Source: Aeropyrum pernix K1
GTDB lineage: Archaea; Thermoproteota; Thermoprotei_A; Sulfolobales; Acidilobaceae
DNA: 32,000 bases
Direction of reading: 5' to 3'
Assembly (NCBI RefSeq): GCF_000011125.1
Contig: NC_000854.2
Span: forward strand, 1,410,001 to 1,442,000
Part shown: positions 1 to 8,406 of the stretch, piece by piece
How positions within the stretch are numbered: position 1 is the first letter of the stretch
Layout of the letters: every line of letters starts with the position of its first letter
Notes under the pieces: model-generated
What the model was told of the DNA's origin: nothing
What the model saw: the letters and a program-made list of their open reading frames with translations, nothing else
Databases searched by the model: none
Position numbers and translations under genes: made by a program

Positions 1-2
1 TG

Positions 3-569
3 AGGCTGGTAAGGGCTAGCAGGAAGAGGAGTAAGACAGACATACTAGTGCTGCTTGATGTGAGCAACTCGATGAAGGACTATTGGCCCTGGATACTGGG
101 CATCCTCAACGCTCTCCGCCGCCTACCCCCGGGCAGCTACGAGGCCTTCCTATTCAGCACAAGGCTGGTGAGGGCAACTCCAATGGTTGAGGCTGCCGGG
201 GGGGCTGAGGACCTCAGGAGGCTCTTGTCCCGGGTGGAAGGCCTCTGGGGCAGCGGAACCAGGATTAGCCAGTCCGTCGAGGAGCTTCTCGAAAGCCACA
301 CCCCTGCTCTCCACCGGGGCGCCGCCGTGCTGGTGTTCAGCGACGGCTGGGACCTAGGCGACCTAGGGAGGCTGGCTTCCGCGCTGGCCGAGCTGAGGCG
401 GAGGGCGGGCTTCCTCGTATGGGTGACTCCCGAGTCGCCGCGGAGGGATGCTGGGGGCGAGCCTTCGACTATGAGGATAATCCGCCGCCACGCCGACCTC
501 ACTATAGACTTGGAGACACTGCTAAACACCAGGAGGCTCCTAAGGCTTCTCCCGAGGTCCTCCGCCTAG
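3..569 (+). CDS. VWA-domain protein, CoxE-like; 5' end lies outside the window
   Basis: The frame is open from nt 3, with no stop before the listed GTG at 48. The translation ...KTDILVLLDVSNSM carries a DxSxS MIDAS motif, and VLVFSDGWD is a typical VWA strand. It sits beside CoxG- and XdhC/CoxI-family genes. Confidence 0.7.
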   Translation, partial: RLVRASRKRSKTDILVLLDVSNSMKDYWPWILGILNALRRLPPGSYEAFLFSTRLVRATPMVEAAGGAEDLRRLLSRVEGLWGSGTRISQSVEELLESHTPALHRGAAVLVFSDGWDLGDLGRLASALAELRRRAGFLVWVTPESPRRDAGGEPSTMRIIRRHADLTIDLETLLNTRRLLRLLPRSSA

Positions 570-1241
570 CTGGGAGCACATCTTCGACGCCCTCTCCAGG
601 TCCTCCGGGGTGTCGACATCCAGGTGCAGCCCGGGATCGTCTACCTCAACAACCGCCAGGCTATCCCGGTATTTGCCGAAGAGGCTCCTCACCCCAGTAT
701 CTCCAGAGAGTCTAAGTAGCTCGCCCCGGAGCCTTGAGTCCACGACTACAGGAGGAGCTATAGCCCCGCCAGCCATGGGGGCGGCGATGAGGGGCCTCCG
801 GGCCATGTAGAGCGCCAGGACCCTGGCCACAGTGTGCTTCGAGACGAACGGCCTGTCCCCGTTGAAGAACAGGTAAGCCCTAGCCCCGGGCGAGGCCTCG
901 ACGCCCAGCCTGATAGAGTGGCTCAACCCCCTCCACTGCTCCCTATTCACCACTACCCTGAAGAGCCCCCTCCTCCCCGGGGGCCTCTCCCTCCTCAAAA
1001 CGTCTGCGACCTCCCCTGATGTGACGACGACAGCGCCCTCGAGAACACCCTCAAACCGGGCTACAAGCTCCAGAACGTGCCATAAAACCCTCTTCCCGCA
1101 GAGCGGCGCCAGGAGCTTGTTGAACCCCATACGCCTAGACATGCCGGCCGCCAGCACTACGGCGTATATACCCGACCTGGGCCTGAGCAGGCCAGCGGCT
1201 GATAGAGCCAGCAGGGTGTCGAGCCCCTCCAAGGCATGCAA
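540..1241 (-). CDS. MobA/MocA-like molybdenum-cofactor nucleotidyltransferase
   Basis: The N-terminal AVVLAAGMSRRMGFNKLL fits the LAGGxSxRMG-type NTP-transferase signature. Size is about 230 aa. It lies in the cox/xdh accessory context and overlaps the convergent CoxE-like gene by 30 nt. Confidence 0.7.
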   Translation of the reverse strand: MHALEGLDTLLALSAAGLLRPRSGIYAVVLAAGMSRRMGFNKLLAPLCGKRVLWHVLELVARFEGVLEGAVVVTSGEVADVLRRERPPGRRGLFRVVVNREQWRGLSHSIRLGVEASPGARAYLFFNGDRPFVSKHTVARVLALYMARRPLIAAPMAGGAIAPPVVVDSRLRGELLRLSGDTGVRSLFGKYRDSLAVVEVDDPGLHLDVDTPEDLERASKMCSQLGGGPREKP

Positions 1242-1301
1242 CCCTTACTGAACACTCGTAGCCAGGTTAAGTAGTTCGGAAGCCAGCCTATATCATAATC
1301 T

Positions 1302-1772
1302 ATGAGGCTGCACGCGGGGGTTTGGGGGTTGAAGGTTAGGTATGAGGGCTCATTCGAAGTGTCCAAGACTCCTGAGGAGGTCTTCGAGTTCCTCACAGAC
1401 CCCAAGAGGTTTTCACGCGCATTCCCGGGCTTCAAGTCTGTGGAGGTGGAGGACGGATCCTTCACCATAGAGCTGAGGCTGAGCCTGGGGCCGCTACGCG
1501 GGGATGCTAGGGTTAGAGCCTCGTTCGAGGACCTGGAGAAGCCTAGCAAGGCTACCGTGAAGGGCTCGGGCAGGGGTGCGGGCAGCACTCTGGACTTCAC
1601 CTTGAGATTCGCAGTAGAGCCCTCGGGAGGGGGTAGTAGGGTTAGCTGGGTTTTCGAGGGCAATGTAGGGGGGCTCGCGGCAAGCATGGGGGGCAGGGTG
1701 CTCGACAGCCTTGCCAGGAGGATGATAAACGACGTTATATCTGGGGTGAAGAGGGAGCTGGGGGAAGCCTAA
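1302..1772 (+). CDS. CoxG-family SRPBCC protein
   Basis: YEGSFEVSKTPEEVFEFLTDPKRF...GGLAASMGGRVLDSLARRMINDV resembles CoxG (carbon monoxide dehydrogenase subunit G family). A TATA-like TATATCAT at 1289..1296 is too close to ATG 1302, so the real start may be TTG 1329 (MKVRYEGSFEV). Confidence 0.7.
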   Translation: MRLHAGVWGLKVRYEGSFEVSKTPEEVFEFLTDPKRFSRAFPGFKSVEVEDGSFTIELRLSLGPLRGDARVRASFEDLEKPSKATVKGSGRGAGSTLDFTLRFAVEPSGGGSRVSWVFEGNVGGLAASMGGRVLDSLARRMINDVISGVKRELGEA

Positions 1773-1859
1773 GGCCGAAGGGGGGTTTTTAGCACACGCT
1801 TATCACCCCCGGCCACGCTATAGCTCCAGTGGAGCCCGAGCTTAGGTGGTGTGTAAAGG

Positions 1860-2756
1860 GTGGGAGGGGGCTTCAGGTTCGACGAGGAGAGTCTTAGAGA
1901 GTTCGTCGACATGGTCAGGGGGCTTATGGAGGAGGAGAGGGAGTTCGTCATAGCCACTGTCGTGAGCGTTAAGGGCTCAGCAGCCGCCAGGGTGGGCTCT
2001 AAGGGCGTCATACTCCCCGACGGGACTGTCAGGGGGTGGCTGGGCGGGTGGTGCAGCGAGAACGCGCTGCTCACAGTCGCCCTTTCAGCCCTGAAGGAGG
2101 GCAGGCCCAAGCTGGTGAAGCTGGTCATGTCGGGGGAGACCCTTAAGCAGGTCTCCGAGGACGTTATAGAAGTGGGTACACCCTGCGGCGGCGAGGTGCT
2201 CGTCTACTTGGAGCCCGCCTACCCCAAGCCCCACATACCCATATTCGGCAATAACGAGGTGACGAAAGCCCTCTCCAGGCTGGCGCAGCTCCTCGGCTTC
2301 AAGGTCACGGTTATCGACCCCTCGGCAGGGCCGGAGGACTATCCGGGAGCCAAGGTGCTTGCCTCCCTAGAGGACGGGGGGGTCAGGCTTGACCGCCACA
2401 CCTACCCGGTCCTCGCCACCATGGGGAGGACGGATGTCGACGTCGAAGTACTGCTCAGGATTCTCGACAAGCCGGTTGCCAGAGTCTTCCTGGTAGCCAG
2501 CGTTAACAGGGCTGAGGAGGTCCTCAGGAGACTTGCAAGGAAGGGCGTGCCCCCAGACCTCCTGGAGAAGATTGAGAGCCCCGCCGGCATAGACCTGGGC
2601 GCAGCGACCCCTGAGGAGCTGGCTCTCAGCGTTCTCGCAGGCATAGTAGCGGCGAGGAGGGGCGGGAGCGGCAGGCCGATGAGGGAGGCCAGGGGAGACC
2701 CTGTGGCCAAGGTTGTCAAGGAGCTCAGGAGGAGGGCAGAGGCTACCCCCTCTTAA
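1860..2756 (+). CDS. XdhC/CoxI-family molybdenum-hydroxylase maturation factor
   Basis: The N-terminal block FVIATVVSVKGSAAARVGSKGVILPDGTVRGWLGGWCSE is followed by a Rossmann-like block PIFGNNEVTKALSRLAQLLGFKVTVIDP. This is the two-domain XdhC layout. Confidence 0.8.
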   Translation: MGGGFRFDEESLREFVDMVRGLMEEEREFVIATVVSVKGSAAARVGSKGVILPDGTVRGWLGGWCSENALLTVALSALKEGRPKLVKLVMSGETLKQVSEDVIEVGTPCGGEVLVYLEPAYPKPHIPIFGNNEVTKALSRLAQLLGFKVTVIDPSAGPEDYPGAKVLASLEDGGVRLDRHTYPVLATMGRTDVDVEVLLRILDKPVARVFLVASVNRAEEVLRRLARKGVPPDLLEKIESPAGIDLGAATPEELALSVLAGIVAARRGGSGRPMREARGDPVAKVVKELRRRAEATPS

Positions 2757-2964
2757 CCACCACAGCCTCCCCACGCCCCAGGCTCACAACCTCGACCATC
2801 CCCAGCTCGGAAAGCCTCTCCAACGTCAGTCTCACCTCCCCCTCCTGGCCGCCAGCATAGACGAACCTGATCCTCGAGCCAGGCCTAGCCCGCCTCAGGG
2901 ATGTGACAACAGCCGCGAAAACGCCTCCACAACGCCTTGCCTCGGCGACAAGATCCACCTCCAC
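2743..2964 (-). CDS. hypothetical 73-aa protein (weak)
   Basis: It is the only non-trivial ORF in the 424-nt gap between XdhC and PolB2. No recognisable motif. High GC3 is uninformative in this background. Confidence 0.2.
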   Translation of the reverse strand: MEVDLVAEARRCGGVFAAVVTSLRRARPGSRIRFVYAGGQEGEVRLTLERLSELGMVEVVSLGRGEAVVVKRG

Positions 2965-3180
2965 ACCCTCGCGTGTCAGCCCCGCTCACCCCCACAGCCT
3001 GTGAACAGCGTGGTATGGAGTGTTTGACACCGCTTCTTCCGCCGGGGGTAGGCTGTTGGGAGGGGGACGAGGACCTCGCAGGCACCCAAAACCCTCAAAC
3101 CCCCAACGAAATACTATAGCCCCCGCACTCTTGTAAGCGTTAGACAGTACGCCCGAGCGGCCGGGAGCAGTCCGGGGTGT

Positions 3181-5094
3181 TTATGTATGGTGCTGGGGCA
3201 CGGGCTTGGGAAGCTCCCCCGCCGCCCTTTCGAGGAGCTTCATATAGTACTGCCTGTCTATGCTCCCAGGAGGCCCTAGCCATACTGGGTGCGGCCTCCC
3301 TCCACCCGCTACAACGTATTTCACCGTTGGCGTCTGAACGGGGCTTTTGAGCCACGCCCTCCTCCAGGGAGTGTTTCTAGAGGAGCCCGGGTCCACCCTC
3401 TTCTCTATGACAAGCTTCTCGACCGGCGGCTCCCCCTCCCTGAGCAGCCTCATATACCCATCTACCACCTTCCAAGCCCTCTCCACCGCCCCAGGCCACT
3501 CCCCGGGGTGCCTGGCCTCCGCCAGCCTCGCTATCGCGGAGGCCTGTGCCTCCCTCACTATCTCCGGCGTGTCCCGCCTGACGGCCGCTATCCCCTTCAG
3601 CTTCACACCCCCGCTCTCGAGGGCCCCGTAGTACTTGTTTACCGCGCCGTGGCCCCTCAGGGTCGGGGGTATGTAGAGCCACTTGTACTCCGCCTCTATC
3701 TTCACCGGAACACCGGTCCTCCTCTCGATCTCCCTTGCCACCTCCCCCGGGGGGCCGCGGGGCTCGACGGGCTGTATGAAGACGGAGTCGACGAGGGAGT
3801 GGATAACCCTGTACCCCATCTCCACAGCCGCCTCCTCGGCGGCGGCCAGGGCCCTCCTGGCGGCGGCCGTCACCGTCTCGTAGGCTGCTATGCTGCCGAA
3901 GAGGCTGTTCCTGAAGCCGAGGTAGCCGAAGCCCGAGACCAGTATCCACTTTATAGCCTCCTGCTCCTCCCCGGCCCCCCGCCTCCTCGCCTCCTCCCTG
4001 AGGTCCACCAGCCTGCCGAGGACCTCGGGCACCAGCCCCCTCCTATCCATACACACCCTGTGGCCCCCGTAGCCGGGCGCGGGGTCTAGGGTGTTCCCGC
4101 ACGGCGTGTCGACAGTCTCAGCGCTTATGTTGTACATCGCTATGAGCCTGGGGTAGAGGCTGGAGTAGTCCAGCTGTACAACCCCCCAGTAAACACCGGG
4201 CTCGGGCAGCCTAGCAGCCCCCGGCATGTCAGACTCCACAAGGCTCCTGAGGCTCCTGAACCTCTCGTGCCGGGGCGCACGCTCGTCCAGGAGGTACCTC
4301 CTCCTATAAGCCTCCCTAGCCTCAGCCGCGGTCAGCACCCTGCCTATAGGGGCTCCATGGGCCATTGTGTAGGGCAGCCAGGATATCCTCATCCACACTA
4401 TGAGGCCCCGAGGCCCCACCAGGTTCCTGTCGGGCTCGAACCACAGGTACTCACGGAACCGGGAGGAACCCTCAAGAATCAGCCTCACCGGGCTCCTGGC
4501 AACTACTACATGGGGCCTACAGCCCCTGAGCACATCCAAAGCCCCGTCAACACCACCCACCGCCTCCTCCCAGCCTCCACACACTACCCTGAACCGCCCA
4601 GGCTTCTCCAGGGGGCTGGATATGGGGCCGTGCCAGGAGTAGGCCTCCACCACAGCCAAAGACAGGACCCCATAATCATCGAGGGGGCCGCACACCCTGC
4701 CCAGGAGGCAGCCGGGGCGGAGGCCCAGGCGCCAGAGGACCTCCACCAGGGGGCCTGGATACCTGTTAACCCTCCTAGCAACGCCCCGGGCCTCGAGGGC
4801 CGAGGCCACACGCCCAACCCCTCTCCACCCGCCCTCCACAACAACGACCTCCACCAGCCTGTCATACCTGGGGGGAGACAGCCAGTCCTCCACCCAGGCC
4901 TCCACACCCTCCGCCTCCACGCCCCGGGCCAGGGTGCTGGCATCCGTGTTGATGGGGAGTAGGTAGGCGCGGGCCGCCGCCTCGACATTCAGGGCCTCGA
5001 GCCCCCCGCCCGGCGATGCTACTGTTAGCTGGAGCAGCCTGCCGCCGAGGGGCTCGGCGTCAAGTATGAGCCTCTCCCCCACCCTCCCCACCAC
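3181..5094 (-). CDS. polB2: family-B DNA polymerase, PolB2/Dpo2-like, exonuclease motifs degenerate
   Basis: Motif A is VVQLDYSSLYPRLIAMYNIS. Motif B is KWILVSGFGYLGFRNS. A KGIAAVRRDTPEI block is present. The motif C position reads YRVIHSLVDSVF. At 637 aa it has a short N-terminal half lacking a DxE ExoI motif. Confidence 0.85.
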   Translation of the reverse strand: MVGRVGERLILDAEPLGGRLLQLTVASPGGGLEALNVEAAARAYLLPINTDASTLARGVEAEGVEAWVEDWLSPPRYDRLVEVVVVEGGWRGVGRVASALEARGVARRVNRYPGPLVEVLWRLGLRPGCLLGRVCGPLDDYGVLSLAVVEAYSWHGPISSPLEKPGRFRVVCGGWEEAVGGVDGALDVLRGCRPHVVVARSPVRLILEGSSRFREYLWFEPDRNLVGPRGLIVWMRISWLPYTMAHGAPIGRVLTAAEAREAYRRRYLLDERAPRHERFRSLRSLVESDMPGAARLPEPGVYWGVVQLDYSSLYPRLIAMYNISAETVDTPCGNTLDPAPGYGGHRVCMDRRGLVPEVLGRLVDLREEARRRGAGEEQEAIKWILVSGFGYLGFRNSLFGSIAAYETVTAAARRALAAAEEAAVEMGYRVIHSLVDSVFIQPVEPRGPPGEVAREIERRTGVPVKIEAEYKWLYIPPTLRGHGAVNKYYGALESGGVKLKGIAAVRRDTPEIVREAQASAIARLAEARHPGEWPGAVERAWKVVDGYMRLLREGEPPVEKLVIEKRVDPGSSRNTPWRRAWLKSPVQTPTVKYVVAGGGRPHPVWLGPPGSIDRQYYMKLLERAAGELPKPVPQHHT

Positions 5095-5320
5095 TCCCCC
5101 TGCAGGACCTCGCCGCCTCCAGTATCATCGCTATGTAGACGGGCTCCATGGGGTCGCTCATCGGCACGTACCTGTAGGCCTCCAGGACCCTCCTGTAGCT
5201 GGAGAGCAGGTCCTCCAGGAGCCTCCTATCCTCGCCGCTCCTAAGGTGGCGGAGGAGCCTGCGGAGCCTCTCAACCTCGGCCTCTACAAGTACTCTTCCA
5301 GGGGCCGCTGTCCTGCCCAT
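5060..5320 (-). CDS. hypothetical 86-aa helical protein, overlaps both neighbours
   Basis: Arg/Leu/Glu-rich helical sequence (VEAEVERLRRLLRHLRSGEDRRLLEDLLSSYRRVLEAYRY) with AGG/CTC codon usage like the neighbouring genes. It overlaps the upstream RadB-like gene by 37 nt and the PolB2 start by 35 nt. Confidence 0.45.
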   Translation of the reverse strand: MGRTAAPGRVLVEAEVERLRRLLRHLRSGEDRRLLEDLLSSYRRVLEAYRYVPMSDPMEPVYIAMILEAARSCRGSGGEGGGEAHT

Positions 5321-5934
5321 AAGAGCCTCACCCCCAGCTCAGGCTCGGGGGCTAGAGCGGCCTGGGGCACAGGCTTGGCTGGGTGCTTCAGCAGCGTAGC
5401 AAACACCCCCCGCCCCCTCCACTCCGCCCTGGCTATAACGTGGACACTGTGGTGGTGGAAGTGGCCACCCTCCGGCCTCGCCCTGCCGAACTGGGTGACC
5501 CTGTTGGCCACGAACACCATGCTCCCCCGGGCCGCCGCCCTTAGGGCCCCCGTGATGCGGGTCAGAAGGCTGTAGGCCAACGGTGTCCTGGGGGCGAACC
5601 TGAAGGGGTCCACCACGACCACCGTCCCGGCGCCTGTTGAGGAGGCCTCCAAGACGAGGCTGGCCACGTCGTGCAGCCTGAAGGCCCGGGCGAACAATAT
5701 GTTACCGGGGTCTCCGCCCCTCATCCTGGATAGCCTGGCCGCCAGGTATGGGTCGAAGCCGCCGAAGTCCTGCACGTTGACAACCGCAACCCTACCCCTC
5801 CGTGAAGCCTCCGCCACAGCGGCGTGGGCAAGGAGCCTCGCCGCACCCCCATAGACCTCCACAACCCAGCCCGAGCTGGGCACCGGGCTCAGGAGCCTAT
5901 CCAGGCTGGGCACGCCGGTGACACTGGCCAACAC
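5284..5934 (-). CDS. RadA/RadB-like RecA-fold protein with the Walker A motif lost
   Basis: VTGVPSLDRLL...GWVVEVYGGAARLLAHAAV...VAVVNVQ...VVVVDPF...MVFVANRVT...ATLLKHP is colinear with archaeal RadB. The P-loop position reads GGAARLLA rather than GxxxxGK[ST]. Confidence 0.7.
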   Translation of the reverse strand: MLASVTGVPSLDRLLSPVPSSGWVVEVYGGAARLLAHAAVAEASRRGRVAVVNVQDFGGFDPYLAARLSRMRGGDPGNILFARAFRLHDVASLVLEASSTGAGTVVVVDPFRFAPRTPLAYSLLTRITGALRAAARGSMVFVANRVTQFGRARPEGGHFHHHSVHVIARAEWRGRGVFATLLKHPAKPVPQAALAPEPELGVRLLWAGQRPLEEYL

Positions 5935-6063
5935 CCCCGCACCCCGCTACGGGGAAAAGCCGTCCTGCTGATAAATGCGGCGGTGGGCTGTGCAGCCGCT
6001 AGCCCCCCACACCATCCCAAATCTAACCGGGGCTGAGCTGTAAGAAACCCGCCTACACCAGGG

Positions 6064-6798
6064 CTACGGGTATTCCACGGCGTGTGCTTCGGTCTTGAAT
6101 CCGGCCGGGGTCACAACCTCTGCCACAGCCTTGAACGGCGTCTCAACCAGGAACACAAGGTTCTCGTCAACGTAGTGGTAGGGCTTGAGGTCCACGGTCT
6201 TGAGGGCCAACTGGAATATGCAGAAGCCTTTGAGCAGGCTGCCCTCCCGGACGTCGAACTCAACCCAGAACCCCTGCCACCGAGGCTCTTCCCTGCCGAA
6301 GATCTCGTACACAGCCTTCTTGGTGTAGCAGGAAGCCAGCGGCCCCCCATACCCCAGCTCCACCGTCTCCCTGCTCAGGTTGGCCAGTGTAATGTAGATG
6401 TCCAGAAGCGCGAGATCATCCACGCCATCCGCCCAGGCCTCGGGGACCCGGTCGCACAAGGCGGCTGAACTGGAGCTGCAGTACTCCTCCAGGAGGGAGA
6501 CAACGTTCCTCAGAAGACTCTCGTCGGTGTAGAAGCTGTAGATAACACGGACCTTCAGCCCGTCCGCAGTAAACTCGTACTCAATAACCTTAGAGGGCTC
6601 GAAACCCTCGATAACGCTAGTCCTGCCAGAGAACTCGCCTGTAGGCAGCATAAAATCGGGGCTGGAGCTTCCAGGCGATAGCAGGAAGTAGGCCGCGGAG
6701 GCCACGGCTAGGAGAGCAGCTATAGCCGCTGCAAACAGCAGGAAGCCGCCTGGCCAGCGCCACTCGAGGATGGGCAAAGGAAGCCCCCAACGATACAT
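6064..6798 (-). CDS. hypothetical protein with N-terminal membrane anchor
   Basis: Hydrophobic N-terminal segment GGFLLFAAAIAALLAVASAAYFLL followed by a balanced soluble domain. No family recognised. Confidence 0.55.
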   Translation of the reverse strand: MYRWGLPLPILEWRWPGGFLLFAAAIAALLAVASAAYFLLSPGSSSPDFMLPTGEFSGRTSVIEGFEPSKVIEYEFTADGLKVRVIYSFYTDESLLRNVVSLLEEYCSSSSAALCDRVPEAWADGVDDLALLDIYITLANLSRETVELGYGGPLASCYTKKAVYEIFGREEPRWQGFWVEFDVREGSLLKGFCIFQLALKTVDLKPYHYVDENLVFLVETPFKAVAEVVTPAGFKTEAHAVEYP

Positions 6799-6930
6799 AA
6801 TTGGCGAAACCCCGTTTTTAACAAGCCTGACACGAACACCCAGCCGCTAGCTATAGATACAACGTATCCCATCTTAACCTATTCTCCACGATAATTGTGA
6901 GCTTCAAAGCAGCAGTTCCGACTCTCTTGT

Positions 6931-7521
6931 CTAGCCGTTGCCGCTTGTAACAAGTGCTCTGGTAAGGTCTACTAGGTTGTCCAGCTCTTCCTGCTGTATT
7001 TCAAAGGGGTTTACTCTGCTTCCCGCCCTCTCCAGGATGGCGGCTATTCTCTGCAAGGCTTCACCGTCTTCCGAGAGCCTATTTACAATGTACGGGTGCT
7101 CCTTCCCTGTGAGGTCTGCGAAATACACGGATAGGCTCCCGTATACTAGATACCATTTCTTATAATGTTCGCCGCCCTCCAAATCATACAAAGCCTTACT
7201 AAATGTTGCCAGCGCCTTCGAGTTAACCATCGCCTCGGCAACCAGGAAGCGCGTCCTATCAGGGTCACCGTTATAGCTGCTGGCAAGCGCCATAATGTCG
7301 TCAGCCAGGATGGAGACGTGGAATCCCGAACCCTCTACCAGGCTAACGGCAACCCTCTCTTCGGTTCTAACATACTCTAGGTTAGCGTACGCGCTAATAG
7401 CTAAAGATGTAAGTAACAAGCCAAACAGAACCTTAAACAGTGTAGCATTGCTAAGCCCATACAACACTCTGAACCCTGCTAATAATCTAAACAAATGCTT
7501 TGCCCATATCAACATTAACAA
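6931..7521 (-). CDS. hypothetical protein with N-terminal hydrophobic segment
   Basis: N-terminal hydrophobic stretch (LFKVLFGLLLTSLAISAYA) followed by a plausible helical soluble domain. It lies in the lower-G+C block. Confidence 0.5.
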   Translation of the reverse strand: MLMLIWAKHLFRLLAGFRVLYGLSNATLFKVLFGLLLTSLAISAYANLEYVRTEERVAVSLVEGSGFHVSILADDIMALASSYNGDPDRTRFLVAEAMVNSKALATFSKALYDLEGGEHYKKWYLVYGSLSVYFADLTGKEHPYIVNRLSEDGEALQRIAAILERAGSRVNPFEIQQEELDNLVDLTRALVTSGNG

Positions 7522-8393
7522 AATAGGGATGAAGGGACACTATTATAAACCACAATAGCTCTATCAGCAAAAACACGGGGAAAAGCTGCCGCTAATCGTG
7601 TCTCCCGAGCTGGCTGGGGCATACAGGAATTTTTAGGCGGAAGCTTGGTAGGGCTTAGAAGCTAAAAGTAGTTGTAGAACGGAGCTATGCAGAATTGAAC
7701 AACCGCCTTTGACATATGTCATCTTCATAGTTTTGAGTTCACAATGATACTGTGTGTAAAGCTCTGGATGAAAGAGAAATGATAATATGCATCATGAAAT
7801 CGGCTGATGCGCCACGGGACGATTACAGGAGGCAGGAGATGCTAGACGTAGCCCAAAGGCTAGATGTCCATGGCAAGGCAGAGCCTTAGGGGCGAGAAAA
7901 CGCGGAGGGTATACCATAACATGATAGGTAGGTCTAGTTCTAGTATGGTTGATTACAGGACGCTAATTCATGCAGCCAATGGATTTTGAGGGCGTGGAGA
8001 TGTGAAGCTGATGTGAATATACGACAGTACGATATAGCTAGTAGACGCTGTTAATAATATTTTTAATAGAATACACAAGAAGAACTTGCCCCCTCCAAAG
8101 GTGGCTTGGCGGAGACAGGGAGGAGACTGCGAAAGTGAGGCATGGGCAAGCTGTGTACCATGCGTGAAGCGTGTTTAGCACCAGGTCACTGCGTATTTGG
8201 GAGAGCGTATCAAGGAAGAGCTGGGGACCCGAAAAGAAGGCTATGTAATGGTAAGCTTAGTGTTGTGCTAAAGGATAAAGTCCTATGGCGTCTCCTGTCC
8301 TAGCCCATGATGACTAGCATATAGTTGAAATAATGGGAACCCTGATCGGAGCTTTCGAGATTGTTTTCACTCAAGTAGTTCGGTAACGAATTT

Positions 8394-8398
8394 AAAAA
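8394..8398 (-). terminator. T5 tract just downstream of the adh stop codon
   Basis: Plus-strand AAAAA (TTTTT on the minus strand) lies 9-13 nt after the adh stop codon (8407..8409). Oligo-T tracts are the usual archaeal termination signal. Confidence 0.45.
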
Positions 8399-8406
8399 GA
8401 AGAGAG

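Noticed and set aside
2885-3119. ORFs 2885..3085 (-), 2713..3027 (+) and 2937..3119 (+) between XdhC and PolB2.
   Set aside because: They are Arg/Pro/Ser/Cys-rich with no motifs, and they mutually overlap. Only 2743..2964 was retained, at low confidence.
3289-4962. Long plus-strand and out-of-frame minus-strand ORFs inside the PolB2 gene (3289..4089, 3347..3631, 3377..3949, 3683..3883, 4267..4962, 4400..4642, 4584..4988).
   Set aside because: They are Pro/Arg/Gly-rich with no motifs. They lie fully inside a frame that carries clear family-B polymerase motifs. These are typical stop-poor artefacts of >60% G+C DNA.
7821-7960. GATTACAGGA occurs twice (7821..7830 and 7951..7960) in the ORF-free region. 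I considered a repeat array or CRISPR remnant.
   Set aside because: It is only 10 nt, present in two copies, with no similarity in the flanks. This is compatible with chance.
8142-8303. 53-aa Cys-containing ORF (MGKLCTMREACLAPGHC...) in the ORF-free region.
   Set aside because: It is short, with no motif and no obvious promoter or start context. It cannot be supported from sequence alone.
8307-8345. Perfect C box ATGATGA (8307..8313) with a CTGA (8342..8345) downstream.
   Set aside because: It spans only 39 nt. That leaves no room for the C-guide-D'-C'-guide-D architecture, and no credible internal boxes are present.
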